The notes under the pieces are model-generated. The model worked only from the letters and a program-made list of their open reading frames with translations. It was not told the DNA's origin and made no database searches. DNA of 64,000 nt from a virus (Duplodnaviria; Heunggongvirae; Uroviricota; Caudoviricetes), in IMG/VR virus record IMGVR_UViG_3300032330_001609, positions 69,975 through 133,974 of that record. The stretch is one strand, 5' to 3'. Positions 17,601-27,812 of this stretch are shown here, one piece after another (the first letter of the stretch is position 1; every line of letters starts with the position of its first letter). Both the position numbers and the translations under genes were made by a program.

Positions 17601-19995
17601 ATTTGGTTTAGGTCGATTATTTGGGTATACAAATGAAGATTCGGTTCAAATAGGTGGTCCACTATCAGGGGACCCAAAATTCCATTTGAATATACCAATT
17701 CAAGGAGGGTTTAAGAATACTAGACAAAATATGTTGACTAATACTACTCTTGATACTTATGCGACTTTGAATAAAAATTTATATTATGATTCTTACACAT
17801 ATAAACCTGACCCTACATTATTCAAACCGTTTAATAGTATTTTACCAAGATTGTATTCTTCGTTAGATAATGGGTCAACATCGGTTAATGGTAATGGATG
17901 TACTAGTCATACTAATAATGTTGGAAGTGGTTCATATCAATCGGTAATAGGGTTAAAAATTGATGGTGATACTAATGATTTAACAAATGAATGGGGTAAA
18001 TCTGAATCAATTCTAACTCCGATATCACCAGTACTTAGTTGTGCTTATTTTGATTATACACAAAATAGTATTACAGGAACGACATCAAATAACACACCAT
18101 TGGCACCATCATATACAGGTGTTACTAGAGGTTATTTTCCGGATGAAGTGGTTGAAGGTGGTGACATTTTAATAATTAATACTAATAAAAACAATTTACT
18201 AACACCATATGTTCCTCATATTAATAGTTCTCTTTATCCAACTTTTGATGTGGATTCACTTTATAAATCCCCAAGTTATAGTGAAACCCCTAAAATGTCT
18301 TTTGGTTTGGGTACTAGTGGTAGACAAATCATTATGAGGTCGGATAGATTACCAACTTCCACTTGTGTTGAATGGAATAAGTGTAGTACTATATTTAGTT
18401 TTCCATTATTTGCTAATGATAATTTTTATATGGATACTATGAGTAGTGTTGGTGGTGTTTTTTATTTTGGGGTGTCATCATCGGCAAACCCTATTCCAAC
18501 AGGTCAAGGTGCTAATAACGCGATTGACGCAGGGTCTTATTCTGGGTCAGTACCAAATCAATTAATTGAAAGTTTTACTTGTGGTAAGTCGGTTAATTTA
18601 GATTGTTATACTGCTAATGGGGATGTTCTAACAGTATCTAGAGGGAGATGTTCTTATAATTTATTTGGTAGAGGTGAAAAATTTTTTCAAGGAGGATGTT
18701 ATCTTGTTGGGACAATACCATTCTTTTCATTAATTGAAGATTTACTTAGAGTTCAACCGGAATGGCAGTCAAGATTAAATATAAATTTTGCGGCTTGTAG
18801 AAATGTATGGTCTGATAGTTTTTCAAATAATTGGATTAATGGTACATTATTTGCGTTTCCGTTTAAAACATCAACTTATTATGATAATAATAATAACGCT
18901 CAATCTAATCATTGTAAGGTACCTATTATTTTTCATAACCCAACAAAAAACTTTTATTATAGGTCAAGTCCTTATAAATTTAGTACAAATGAATTTATTG
19001 GTTCTAATCCGGCATCACCGGGTGGATTTTTTGGTGGGTTATTAAGTTCTTATTTTGTAGAAAATAATAAAAATTTGAAATACCCAACAACTATGATGGA
19101 TTTAGGTCCAAGAACATATTATTTACAAGAAATTGTTATGTCAGACATTTATGATGGTTACGTTATGGATAAATTAGTACCAACAACATTCAATGATGTT
19201 TCGGATATATTGAACTTACATATTATTAGTAGAATGATTAATAAAAAATTTTTAGATAGTTTAATTAGTTTGGTTGTTGGTGAAAATATTATTGGTAAAT
19301 ATTTTGGTACAAGACCAAATCTTAAATCTGACGCTGATTATCCTCAAATGATAGGAATTAGTTCTGAATTAGGTGTTGCGGAATTTGATTCAATTAATTA
19401 TCCGGACCCCCCACCTGGCTCAGGGTTACAACCATCAATTTATTTTAATGGTGCTAGTTCAAGTAGTGCAATTATTGGTATTTTCTTTTCTTCTAACACT
19501 CAGATTAGAGATTATATAACACCAAAAAGAACTATTATTGATGATACGGTAAATATGAGTAATATTTGTGCTTTTAATAACTTTGGTGTTTATAGTCAAG
19601 TTGTACCATTTTATCAATGGAGTATAGACCAAAGTGGTCCGGGTAGAAGTTCCGGTAATGGTTCAGGACCTAGTATTTTTGGAGCTCAAGGAGACAATTG
19701 GGTTACAGGTCAATCTACATATTTATCTTCGCCATATCAATCTTTGGATAGATTAGACACTAATAGTAATTATTTTATGGGTGCTCAATTAGGACAACCG
19801 GTTAAAAATTTCAAAGGTTATATATATGCTGTTGACGGTAATGGTAATATAAACCCTAAAATACAATATTTTATTAATCCAAACCAACCATTGGTTGGTG
19901 CACCGTTCCATTTCTTTTTTGGATTGAAAAAAGGTAAATCTTCTTATGATAGATTTGTACAAAAATGGATAAACACTGAAAATATAGTAGATTAA
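14695..19995 (+). CDS. Giant 1766-aa virion/baseplate-associated protein with an internal multi-TM block
   Basis: N-terminal prealbumin/carboxypeptidase-regulatory-like beta domain (LPNAKVSVF...VTNESGDFMIFGVPVGTQTL); hydrophobic block aa ~501-587; located in the baseplate operon. Confidence 0.65.
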   Translation: MPNSYRIRTDLGINKSINVSIDQEFEYLEILSLKVLQSEIYTRVCSDYGVIIGRISVNNGFGLPNAKVSVFIPLNDEDSVNPIISEIYPYRSITDVNEDGYRYNLLPYEPSYSNHIPTGTFFNRTDVLTNPTLIQVYDKYYKYNAVTNESGDFMIFGVPVGTQTLSVDIDLSDIGEFSLSPQDLIRMGIATQAQVNGTKFKKSTNLRELPQIVNLTRTVVVEPLWGQDEVCNIGICRSDFDLSNESNINITPTAIFMGSLISSIDGAPLRTNCNPKWKLGGLCNLTVAPGEILAIRQTIKEDPMGRPSLELFDLEQGGVVIDDNGAWLLDVPMNLDYLITNEFGELVISDDPTKGIPTKGKYRFKVKWAQSPSLSEELRRGYFLVPNVKEYGWTNPGVDPTQSSGIGTQYALKSYAFSLDWDDYGDSTALGQHMIQEAINCEDRFYLMQYNKVYTVSQMMDRFRGGLFPDNFVGIKAVSQDDCNTENYKFPVNDANFRFDIIYILFNILSVIIRSIVWVLIIVLHVLYTAVYLIWYFFNLLGAYFAAWAILYIIAAFSTYPPVTGLLAVGAAYAAASTVMFIIANWWKRKVVDNCTPMKLPLILYPDCSMCDCTLDQGGVSGSQITADISSETDIDDETQEQNGNCIGSGSVQLVKLSDGITYNGDLIGGSDDYKTLITSFLSGEPIKNPPPAINDNRINAAQLNRYPNGAPYTSFTTSLTFAARMNLFNTKAKYFDETNPILPNPGGGVNRIKVNFNPSNTDHHFDNVVAVLCNKQSLSKLLPGTLITFQNPILTGDTRASADINVDMYVSDTGATENQFGNFAITGTTSALNSFSVNYAKFDGSGNDTTNYTGLNITASTDYHKFPIDVEYFQVITGMTYSAYTNQCVSQLPNSFNNRYLSNNIRINNLNMNASTLYCQYPTFTNDGFTYNNPNYINPITKIKNYNELVVVFLVRGVDPYSPKVNVKFGLGRLFGYTNEDSVQIGGPLSGDPKFHLNIPIQGGFKNTRQNMLTNTTLDTYATLNKNLYYDSYTYKPDPTLFKPFNSILPRLYSSLDNGSTSVNGNGCTSHTNNVGSGSYQSVIGLKIDGDTNDLTNEWGKSESILTPISPVLSCAYFDYTQNSITGTTSNNTPLAPSYTGVTRGYFPDEVVEGGDILIINTNKNNLLTPYVPHINSSLYPTFDVDSLYKSPSYSETPKMSFGLGTSGRQIIMRSDRLPTSTCVEWNKCSTIFSFPLFANDNFYMDTMSSVGGVFYFGVSSSANPIPTGQGANNAIDAGSYSGSVPNQLIESFTCGKSVNLDCYTANGDVLTVSRGRCSYNLFGRGEKFFQGGCYLVGTIPFFSLIEDLLRVQPEWQSRLNINFAACRNVWSDSFSNNWINGTLFAFPFKTSTYYDNNNNAQSNHCKVPIIFHNPTKNFYYRSSPYKFSTNEFIGSNPASPGGFFGGLLSSYFVENNKNLKYPTTMMDLGPRTYYLQEIVMSDIYDGYVMDKLVPTTFNDVSDILNLHIISRMINKKFLDSLISLVVGENIIGKYFGTRPNLKSDADYPQMIGISSELGVAEFDSINYPDPPPGSGLQPSIYFNGASSSSAIIGIFFSSNTQIRDYITPKRTIIDDTVNMSNICAFNNFGVYSQVVPFYQWSIDQSGPGRSSGNGSGPSIFGAQGDNWVTGQSTYLSSPYQSLDRLDTNSNYFMGAQLGQPVKNFKGYIYAVDGNGNINPKIQYFINPNQPLVGAPFHFFFGLKKGKSSYDRFVQKWINTENIVD

Positions 19996-19996
19996 G

Positions 19997-21820
19997 ATGA
20001 GTAATCGTAATGATACAAGAATTGTTTTAGGGTCTTTAAGATATAAATCAGCGTCAAATGTTGATTTAGGTCTTGATATTCCATTTGTTCAAACGAGTAA
20101 AGAAAATGTTGAGTTTGATAGAAGTTTAAACATTAATTTGGCGGAATTATATGACCAAGAAAGACAAGAATCAACTAATTTTAGACCAAGTTGTAAGTTT
20201 TCTATTTTATTTAAAAACGCTTATACTGGGTATTCAAATTACGAACGTTTTGAAAAGGTTTTATCTTACGTTAATGAAGCAGTTGCCGCTGACTTAAATT
20301 GTCCAACAGATTCAAATGTTTCTTGGTCAGGATTTCCACAATATAATGAATTTGATTTTATTAGAACGGATTACAATTTTCCGGGATATACTCAACCACC
20401 AAATGAACACATTCAATTTGTTAACAAAAGTGCTTCAACATATAATTGGAATTATTTTTTGAGTTACCCATTTGAAAATGATTATACAAAAACTTTACAG
20501 GCAATTGATTCAACAACAAATCAAACACTACAGTGGGTTGTGTCAGATGGGATACCATTTGTACTATATTCGTCAACAATAGGTGGATTAGGATTAATTT
20601 CATTTAGATGTCCGGTAAAACATAATTTAATGGTTGGTGAATATGTTAAATTAAGTTTTTCATATAATGGTGAAGATACTTATCAAGTTTTTTCATTAGG
20701 TACAGGTCTTGAAGGTACTGATTATTATACTTTTAATATTGTAAATATAGGTTTTACAGGGTCAACATTTAATGATAATACTACCGGTACATTTAAGAGA
20801 ATAATTAATATTGAAAATCCTATTGAAACTTTGTCATCATATTATGTTAGAAAACATAAAATTATAACAAATGTAGATGATGCAGTTTTAGTTAAAGCAG
20901 GTTTTGAACAAAATATATTTGGAACTAAGAAAAAATATGAAAGTAGTGGTTATACCCCAAATAGAGAAGCAAGAGTTTCAATTAGAGAAGGGGCTCAATC
21001 ATATACATTATCATTTAATAGGGATATAGATATAAATAAAATGTTGGATAACCAAAAAAGACCTGTTAGTCATTTATATTTTACGGTACTATATAAAGGA
21101 TATTTTGGTTGGATGTTTGGTCAACTTAACCCTAGTAATTTAGTATCGTATGTGGGTATGAAACAAGGTTATGAGTTTAATTTACCGTTAGATGAAAGTT
21201 TTACATCACCAAGACCTTCACCGTGGTGGAATTTAAGTAATAATTTATCAAATACTAATTTTCCGTATACGATATACAGTAGAACACAACCAATACCCGC
21301 TGGAACTTATGATTTTATGTATATTAATTCATTTATGTCCGGAGATACTTTAGATGGTGATTTTTGTGAATGGAATAATTATGAACAAAAAGAAAGGGTT
21401 ATATCTGAAATTTATCATAAATTAACATATAATTCTAATGTTTTTAATGTTATTTCATCGGATAATGGATTACAAGATAATCCTCTTGGTTTTTATTATA
21501 AACCTCATTATGGAATTAAAATTAGAGATTTTTCTGATTATATAGAAACAGGGTCACCTAAAGACGTTGTTGGGGTACCTGATTATTCTTTTTTCTCATC
21601 GACCGATAACCAATTTCGTTGGAGGGATATCTATACTTATGGATTTATAGATAACCAAGGTAATGGGGTTAATTATCCGTTTTTTAATTATACTCATTAC
21701 CCATATGAAAATTATACCTTTAGAATAATACCGGAAGGTACTAATTATATAGAAAGTGACATAAATTATTATGCAAATCTTTATGGTTCTGCATCACCAA
21801 TAGTTGACAATTGTGAATAG
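19997..21820 (+). CDS. Putative baseplate/tail structural protein, 607 aa
   Basis: Contiguous in the structural operon; aromatic/Asn/Thr-rich beta composition; no recognised family. Confidence 0.55.
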   Translation: MSNRNDTRIVLGSLRYKSASNVDLGLDIPFVQTSKENVEFDRSLNINLAELYDQERQESTNFRPSCKFSILFKNAYTGYSNYERFEKVLSYVNEAVAADLNCPTDSNVSWSGFPQYNEFDFIRTDYNFPGYTQPPNEHIQFVNKSASTYNWNYFLSYPFENDYTKTLQAIDSTTNQTLQWVVSDGIPFVLYSSTIGGLGLISFRCPVKHNLMVGEYVKLSFSYNGEDTYQVFSLGTGLEGTDYYTFNIVNIGFTGSTFNDNTTGTFKRIINIENPIETLSSYYVRKHKIITNVDDAVLVKAGFEQNIFGTKKKYESSGYTPNREARVSIREGAQSYTLSFNRDIDINKMLDNQKRPVSHLYFTVLYKGYFGWMFGQLNPSNLVSYVGMKQGYEFNLPLDESFTSPRPSPWWNLSNNLSNTNFPYTIYSRTQPIPAGTYDFMYINSFMSGDTLDGDFCEWNNYEQKERVISEIYHKLTYNSNVFNVISSDNGLQDNPLGFYYKPHYGIKIRDFSDYIETGSPKDVVGVPDYSFFSSTDNQFRWRDIYTYGFIDNQGNGVNYPFFNYTHYPYENYTFRIIPEGTNYIESDINYYANLYGSASPIVDNCE

Positions 21821-22658
21821 ATATAAATTTATATTACCAAAAGATGACCAATTCATTGATTTACCAATTGAATTGAAGTGGGATTTTTATGGTAGAGATG
21901 ATAGTATTAGCGTTTATGAGGATGATGTTATAAATCAATTAACAGGTAATAAAGAAGATTTTGAAATTTTAAGATTTGCTCACGCACCGTATAGTAGTGA
22001 CACTAAAACGGATATAAAATATAAGTTTCATTTTTTCAGTGTTAATGGTTTAGTTCCTCCTAATCCGGTATCAAATGTTACCGCATCAACCGCGTCTGAT
22101 TGGGTTTGTAGTTATATTCCTGAAGGATTTAATATTAAAGAAATTTATTACTTTGTAAAACCATTTACTAAGTCATTCTTTAAATTGGATTTTTACGATT
22201 CAAATAGTGCGATAACTCAAACTAATTATTTTACTGTGATTATTCCAACACAACAAGGTGCGACACAAAATGTTACAATATCCCCATACAAACCAAATGT
22301 TGATATTAGAACACCTGATTTTACATTGGATTATGTTGGAGATAAAGAAGGGTTCTTTTTATATTGGTTAAGGAAAAAAAGTTTCTTAGATATAAATCCA
22401 AATCCGGCTCACACTACGGAAACATTCTATATGACCGCTAAATTTTTTGATGCGAGATTAGGTGTTTTTGTTAAAATGAGTACTGAACCACAAATAACCA
22501 TAAATCCTTTTAATCCGTTTCAATTTACTCCGGAAAAATACTTTTATTATAAAGTGGTATTAGATTATACAACATATACTTATAAAATTTTTGATTGGCA
22601 AGACGTTAGAGTTGGGGACAGTGGACCCATAAAATGGTATGAATATATAAACCCTTAA
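21804..22658 (+). CDS. Putative structural protein, 284 aa
   Basis: Overlaps the previous gene by 17 nt within the structural operon. Confidence 0.55.
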   Translation: MTIVNRYKFILPKDDQFIDLPIELKWDFYGRDDSISVYEDDVINQLTGNKEDFEILRFAHAPYSSDTKTDIKYKFHFFSVNGLVPPNPVSNVTASTASDWVCSYIPEGFNIKEIYYFVKPFTKSFFKLDFYDSNSAITQTNYFTVIIPTQQGATQNVTISPYKPNVDIRTPDFTLDYVGDKEGFFLYWLRKKSFLDINPNPAHTTETFYMTAKFFDARLGVFVKMSTEPQITINPFNPFQFTPEKYFYYKVVLDYTTYTYKIFDWQDVRVGDSGPIKWYEYINP

Positions 22659-22659
22659 T

Positions 22660-23829
22660 ATGGACGATAGAAATTATCACATTAAAATTTCACCTGAGGT
22701 AATTCTTGGGGATATATTTAAAGTCCCATATTTTGCGGGACAATTAACAACATACAATGATTATCAAGTTTGTTGTAAAACATATAAGTCACCTGTAGTT
22801 ACAAATATTACGGGGGATACTTATGTTTATTCGTCAATGACCCAAATATTATCAGGAGGTACTGATGGGGCATCACTATTAACCGGATTAACTATACCAA
22901 TATTATTAACAGAAAATACTGTAGATATTGGATATTATTCTGTTTTTGATGGGATGGCGGTTCAAAAGGATGTTATGACTAATTTTGTCTTTTCAGCATC
23001 TCCGTTAAGTGCTATGACGGTCTACTTTTATAACACCTCAGATACTGAGTTTAAGAAATATTTGGAATTTTCAGAGTATAAATTGGATTGGGGTGATGGT
23101 ACACCAATAATAACATTAACACCGGGAATTACAATGTATTCACATACGTATTCTCAGGCTAGTACTGTGGATGGATATACAATAAGTATGTCAGGTATGA
23201 GTCCTTGGGGTTCCAATGTTGTTAAAAAAACGGTTCACGTACCTTATAGTGATGTTATAATACAGAATCCAAAAGGTACTGCTGTATTTACACCCGCGGG
23301 TGGTAGTTGGTCAGCAACTTCACTTATGTATGATTTTATTTATAGTGGTGACAGTACTTGTGATACAACATTGACTAGTATTAGTGACTTTACAACAATT
23401 CCAATTACAATTACCGGGTATACTCAGTCAAGTTTGAATGATATAAAACAATATGGTCAAACACCATTTAAGTTAAATACTGTTGTTACCGGTACTTCAG
23501 GAAACATTGGTGTTTATAGTGGTTTAACTAATGATGGGTTAGGAATTATGTATTCGGTTAATGGTGTTGATTATGTTGATTATCAAGATGGTACAACCAT
23601 ATTTATGGTCAAATCATCAGGTTTAACTTCAGATATGTTAGTATGTTCGGCAATTACAAAAAATGAGGTATTATTAAATGTTATTGATGAAGCTGAAGTT
23701 CAATCTGAAATATTCATAGAAAGAGGTAAACAATCTAGTTTAGAACGATTAGAAAGATTAGGTGAGGTTGATAATGTTGGTGACCTAACCAAATATGGAT
23801 ATAAATTTTTTAATATAATAAAAACATAA
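22660..23829 (+). CDS. Putative structural protein with a PKD-like Ig module
   Basis: YKLDWGDGT...SHTY PKD-type signature. Confidence 0.6.
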   Translation: MDDRNYHIKISPEVILGDIFKVPYFAGQLTTYNDYQVCCKTYKSPVVTNITGDTYVYSSMTQILSGGTDGASLLTGLTIPILLTENTVDIGYYSVFDGMAVQKDVMTNFVFSASPLSAMTVYFYNTSDTEFKKYLEFSEYKLDWGDGTPIITLTPGITMYSHTYSQASTVDGYTISMSGMSPWGSNVVKKTVHVPYSDVIIQNPKGTAVFTPAGGSWSATSLMYDFIYSGDSTCDTTLTSISDFTTIPITITGYTQSSLNDIKQYGQTPFKLNTVVTGTSGNIGVYSGLTNDGLGIMYSVNGVDYVDYQDGTTIFMVKSSGLTSDMLVCSAITKNEVLLNVIDEAEVQSEIFIERGKQSSLERLERLGEVDNVGDLTKYGYKFFNIIKT

Positions 23830-23835
23830 ATTTGA

Positions 23836-23842
23836 TATTTAT
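23836..23842 (+). promoter_or_regulatory. TATTTAT motif
   Basis: Intergenic, upstream of ATG 23863. Confidence 0.5.
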
Positions 23843-23862
23843 CAATATAACAACAATATAAT

Positions 23863-24771
23863 ATGGCAACAGGAACCTATGGAACTATAAGACCGGCAGA
23901 TGTAAGTCCTGCGGATGTAGAGATTATTTTAAATTACACACCAAGTCGTGATGAAACTGATAACTTTGTTTTAACAACTTTAGATGCTTTATCGGTATTA
24001 AGACCTTATTACAATAATGATGAAACAGGTGGTAATGCTAATATTGAAATTTTAGGTGGATTATATAATTTAAGGTTACCGGCAGAAACATTTAATAAAT
24101 TGGGTATTTACACCATATTCATTAGACCTGCTCAAATAAGAACAAGAATATTAGATTGTGGTGTTTTGTCATCACTTCCAAATGTTAAAGGTATTGTTAT
24201 TGATTTAACTGATGTACCGACTAAATTTAGAAACAAATTTGTTAATCAGGGGTTAGTAGGATTTAGAGTTGAGTACTTAAATTCTGATGGTACTAAAATA
24301 CCTAATTTTTTTAGATTAATTACATCTTCTTTCTTTTGTGAACCGGTTGTTCAAAATTTAACAAATACATCGGCAAAGTCTATTAGATATAGATATACTG
24401 ATAATAATACTAATTTAATATTCTGTACTTTATCTCCATCTTCTGCACCAACAAATAAGCCAAATGCTACCCCATTTATTGGACAGCCGAACCAAGATAT
24501 TATAATTACAAACACATTCTTCAACCCAATTACTATGGACGTTGAGATTGTTGAACACGATTTCTCAACATTGGCAATTGCGTTGTTTGGTAATCAAACT
24601 AAATCTATGGATGACGGAATTTACACGTTATACGATAGTCAAAATAATATTTACAAACAATACAACTTATACGAAATTAGAGACCAATTTAATAACTTAC
24701 TTTATGAAGTTAGAAAAGACAGAGGTAATAATATTGATTTTAGTAAAAACTTTACAAATATAACAGAATAA
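23863..24771 (+). CDS. Putative baseplate structural protein, 302 aa
   Basis: Coupled (TAATG) to the wedge-like gene downstream; no recognised family. Confidence 0.55.
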   Translation: MATGTYGTIRPADVSPADVEIILNYTPSRDETDNFVLTTLDALSVLRPYYNNDETGGNANIEILGGLYNLRLPAETFNKLGIYTIFIRPAQIRTRILDCGVLSSLPNVKGIVIDLTDVPTKFRNKFVNQGLVGFRVEYLNSDGTKIPNFFRLITSSFFCEPVVQNLTNTSAKSIRYRYTDNNTNLIFCTLSPSSAPTNKPNATPFIGQPNQDIIITNTFFNPITMDVEIVEHDFSTLAIALFGNQTKSMDDGIYTLYDSQNNIYKQYNLYEIRDQFNNLLYEVRKDRGNNIDFSKNFTNITE

Positions 24772-27700
24772 TGGCAGTAACAAAATACACTTGTCCTCCA
24801 CAATCAGCTACCGGTGCCGGTACATTTTCTGATGACTTAGTTGGATTCCAATTAGTCACGGGGGGTGGTTTAACGCAAGGTAATTTTGAATTTGTTACAT
24901 CAATAAATGAGAAGAGTAATAGAACATTTACTACCGGTAATTTTTCAGACCCAATAAGTTTAGATTCATTAGGGGTTGAAAGTTCAATACAATCAAAACG
25001 AATTGTTGAAAACAACTTTAAGGTTTACCCTAATTTTGATTTAAGTCAGGTAACTAATTTTAGTTTATATGGGTCAATGGTTAAAAGAATCTCAACATCA
25101 GTTGAAACTATTATTAGTCAATTCCCGGCAGGTATTGAATCTACATTTTTAGGTATTAACTATGTTACCGGAGCGACGGCAACAAATATTAGTTTTGATT
25201 CACAACAAAATATTACGACATTTGATTTAGATGTTGCTAGAATTAGAAACCCATTCTCTATTGATTTTACAAGTAATTCAACAAGAAATTTATCTTTGTT
25301 AGAAATACCTGTATCGGCATTACGAGATATGACAAAACAATATTCTAAATATTCATTGTATTATAATAACACGGGTTATACGGTAACATCAATAGTTCCA
25401 ACAACATCATTAACTAGTGGTACATTAACTATTAGTGTTGCGGGTAATCCTTTTTCATATCAAACAGTTGTGTTTGATGATTTAGTTGTTAGACCTAATG
25501 ATTATGAGGTTGCGAGAGTTTTTAATGAAAATTTGGATGAGGTAGAAAATTTCTTATTAAATAGAACGGTTACTCCAATATATACGTCAACATTTAAGGT
25601 CCCTAAAGAGAGTGAGGACGGTAGTTATTATACATTTAATCAGACGGTAACTTGGCCTTTGTATGGTAATTGGAATTTAGATATTTTAACACCTTCCTTT
25701 ACCAATTATCTTATCAAATTAAATGATATTTCAGAATCGTTAGATTCTTATAAAACAAATTTAGTTTCAAGGTTTTTAACAACCGGAGCATTTAAAGATT
25801 TTGACACTGTTGACCAAAAAATGGAAAAAGTGTTACAAGTTTATGGTAGAAGTTTTGACGAAACTAATAAATTTATAAGTGCTTTAGCATATATGAATTC
25901 TGTTAATTATAATGTGGGTAATGATATACCTTCACAATTATTAAAGAATTTATCACAAACATTAGGTTGGTCAATTAATATATCGCCAATAACCAATGAC
26001 GATTTTTTAAGTTCGGTATTTGGACAAACAAATACAGACCAATCAAGTTTTACGGGTGTTGGTATTGCATCAACACCTGATGAGTTAAATTATCAGTTTT
26101 ATAGAAATTTAGTATTAAACTCGGCGTATCTATTCAAATCAAAAGGTACTAGAAAATCAATTGAATCTTTGATGAGGATGATTGGTGCACCGGATGCTTT
26201 GGTTGAATTTAATGAATACATTTATTTAGCTGATGGTCCAATTAATATGACTGAATTTGACACACAATTTGCTCAAATTTCTACAGGTACTTATTTAAAA
26301 GAATTACCGGTGTTAGAGCCCGGAAATACATATACTATTCACGGACCACAAAATGTTTATACCGGTTTTACTACAACTTCAATTATGAAGGATGTTAACG
26401 TGACTTTAAGTGAGTATCCAATTGATAATTTAGGTTACCCATCAATGCCGGAAAATAGTGATGTATATTTCTTCCAAATGGGTAGTGGTTGGTTTGAATC
26501 AACACCAAAACATAGAGCACCTCAACAAGTGGATTTAACTAATAGTGTGTTTACAGGTTCAAATCCTAATTATCAAACTAGTTTAAAACCATATACTTAT
26601 GGTCAAGAATATTTGAATAATTACCGACAATTACCATTTACTGATTTAGGGTTTAATTTGACTGCTCAAATTGATAATAATAAAGCTTGGGTTGATAATG
26701 AAGTTGGGTTAAGAAGTAATCTTGATGGTAGTTACAATGCAAGATATTATACTGAGAGTGATAATTTGGTAATCAATGTTAAGAATGTTGATTTATTTAT
26801 GAATCCGGGACAAGGATTGGCATACGATGTTTGGTACTTATCAAGAACATATGATTTTCCAATATCAGATAATGGATTAGGATGGGTTGAACCAACTATT
26901 TGTGACCCTTTTCCTATTGCTGATTATCCGACAAGAAAAAATGTTGATTGGACAGTAATTGACCCCCAACCAAAGAGAAAAACTTTCTTTGAGTTTGCTC
27001 AAACATTTTGGTTAAATACGATTAATGTTAGAAACAGACAATTTGGTACTGATGGTAAAACGAGCGGTTATCCAACATTATCTTCAATCTATTGGAAATA
27101 TTTAGAATCAGAAAAAATTGCCGGAGTTCAAAATGATAACTTCACATATAAGACAATGATTGAGTATGTGGATGGTATGGGTGATTATTGGATTAGATTG
27201 GTGGAACAATTAATACCTGCAACTACTTTATGGAATACAGGTGTTAAGTATGAAAATTCTATCTTCCACAGACAAAAATTTGTTTGGAGAAGACAAATGG
27301 GTTGTGAATTAATACCAATACCTTGTACACCTTGTTCTTTAACAACAGGGTTGTTTATTAATGAGTGTCCAACACAGATTGTTGAATGTCCTATATATCC
27401 GTTTAACACAACGTTTAATGGTGTGTTAGGTATTGTATTAAATCAATATTTAACTGATAATGGTTATATTTTAAGTGATTGTTTAGTTAATACGATTCAA
27501 TCTCAATGGTTTGTTGAGGTATATATAGATAATACACACAAAATTAGTTTACCATTCTTTAATGGGGTTGGATATTTTAATCCAAGTCCTTGTATTGAAA
27601 CATCAACATTTTCAGGGGCAAGTGCTCCTTGTAACTCTGTTTGGGAAAGGTCAGTTTTAATTGCGTTGGATGGTTTAGAAACTTTCGGATATGATTATTA

Positions 27701-27812
27701 TATAACAACTGAAGGTAATGTTGCGATATATAATCTTGTGTGTGATATAGATAGAACTGATGTTAATTTTAGGTTAAGTGTGGGGATAAATTTTAATATT
27801 TTGTGTAACTAA
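24771..27812 (+). CDS. Baseplate wedge subunit, gp7 / P2 gpI-like core in a 1013-aa protein
   Basis: LLKNLSQTLGW and YLFKSKGTRKSIESLMRMIG motifs; late VEQLIPATT. Confidence 0.6.
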   Translation: MAVTKYTCPPQSATGAGTFSDDLVGFQLVTGGGLTQGNFEFVTSINEKSNRTFTTGNFSDPISLDSLGVESSIQSKRIVENNFKVYPNFDLSQVTNFSLYGSMVKRISTSVETIISQFPAGIESTFLGINYVTGATATNISFDSQQNITTFDLDVARIRNPFSIDFTSNSTRNLSLLEIPVSALRDMTKQYSKYSLYYNNTGYTVTSIVPTTSLTSGTLTISVAGNPFSYQTVVFDDLVVRPNDYEVARVFNENLDEVENFLLNRTVTPIYTSTFKVPKESEDGSYYTFNQTVTWPLYGNWNLDILTPSFTNYLIKLNDISESLDSYKTNLVSRFLTTGAFKDFDTVDQKMEKVLQVYGRSFDETNKFISALAYMNSVNYNVGNDIPSQLLKNLSQTLGWSINISPITNDDFLSSVFGQTNTDQSSFTGVGIASTPDELNYQFYRNLVLNSAYLFKSKGTRKSIESLMRMIGAPDALVEFNEYIYLADGPINMTEFDTQFAQISTGTYLKELPVLEPGNTYTIHGPQNVYTGFTTTSIMKDVNVTLSEYPIDNLGYPSMPENSDVYFFQMGSGWFESTPKHRAPQQVDLTNSVFTGSNPNYQTSLKPYTYGQEYLNNYRQLPFTDLGFNLTAQIDNNKAWVDNEVGLRSNLDGSYNARYYTESDNLVINVKNVDLFMNPGQGLAYDVWYLSRTYDFPISDNGLGWVEPTICDPFPIADYPTRKNVDWTVIDPQPKRKTFFEFAQTFWLNTINVRNRQFGTDGKTSGYPTLSSIYWKYLESEKIAGVQNDNFTYKTMIEYVDGMGDYWIRLVEQLIPATTLWNTGVKYENSIFHRQKFVWRRQMGCELIPIPCTPCSLTTGLFINECPTQIVECPIYPFNTTFNGVLGIVLNQYLTDNGYILSDCLVNTIQSQWFVEVYIDNTHKISLPFFNGVGYFNPSPCIETSTFSGASAPCNSVWERSVLIALDGLETFGYDYYITTEGNVAIYNLVCDIDRTDVNFRLSVGINFNILCN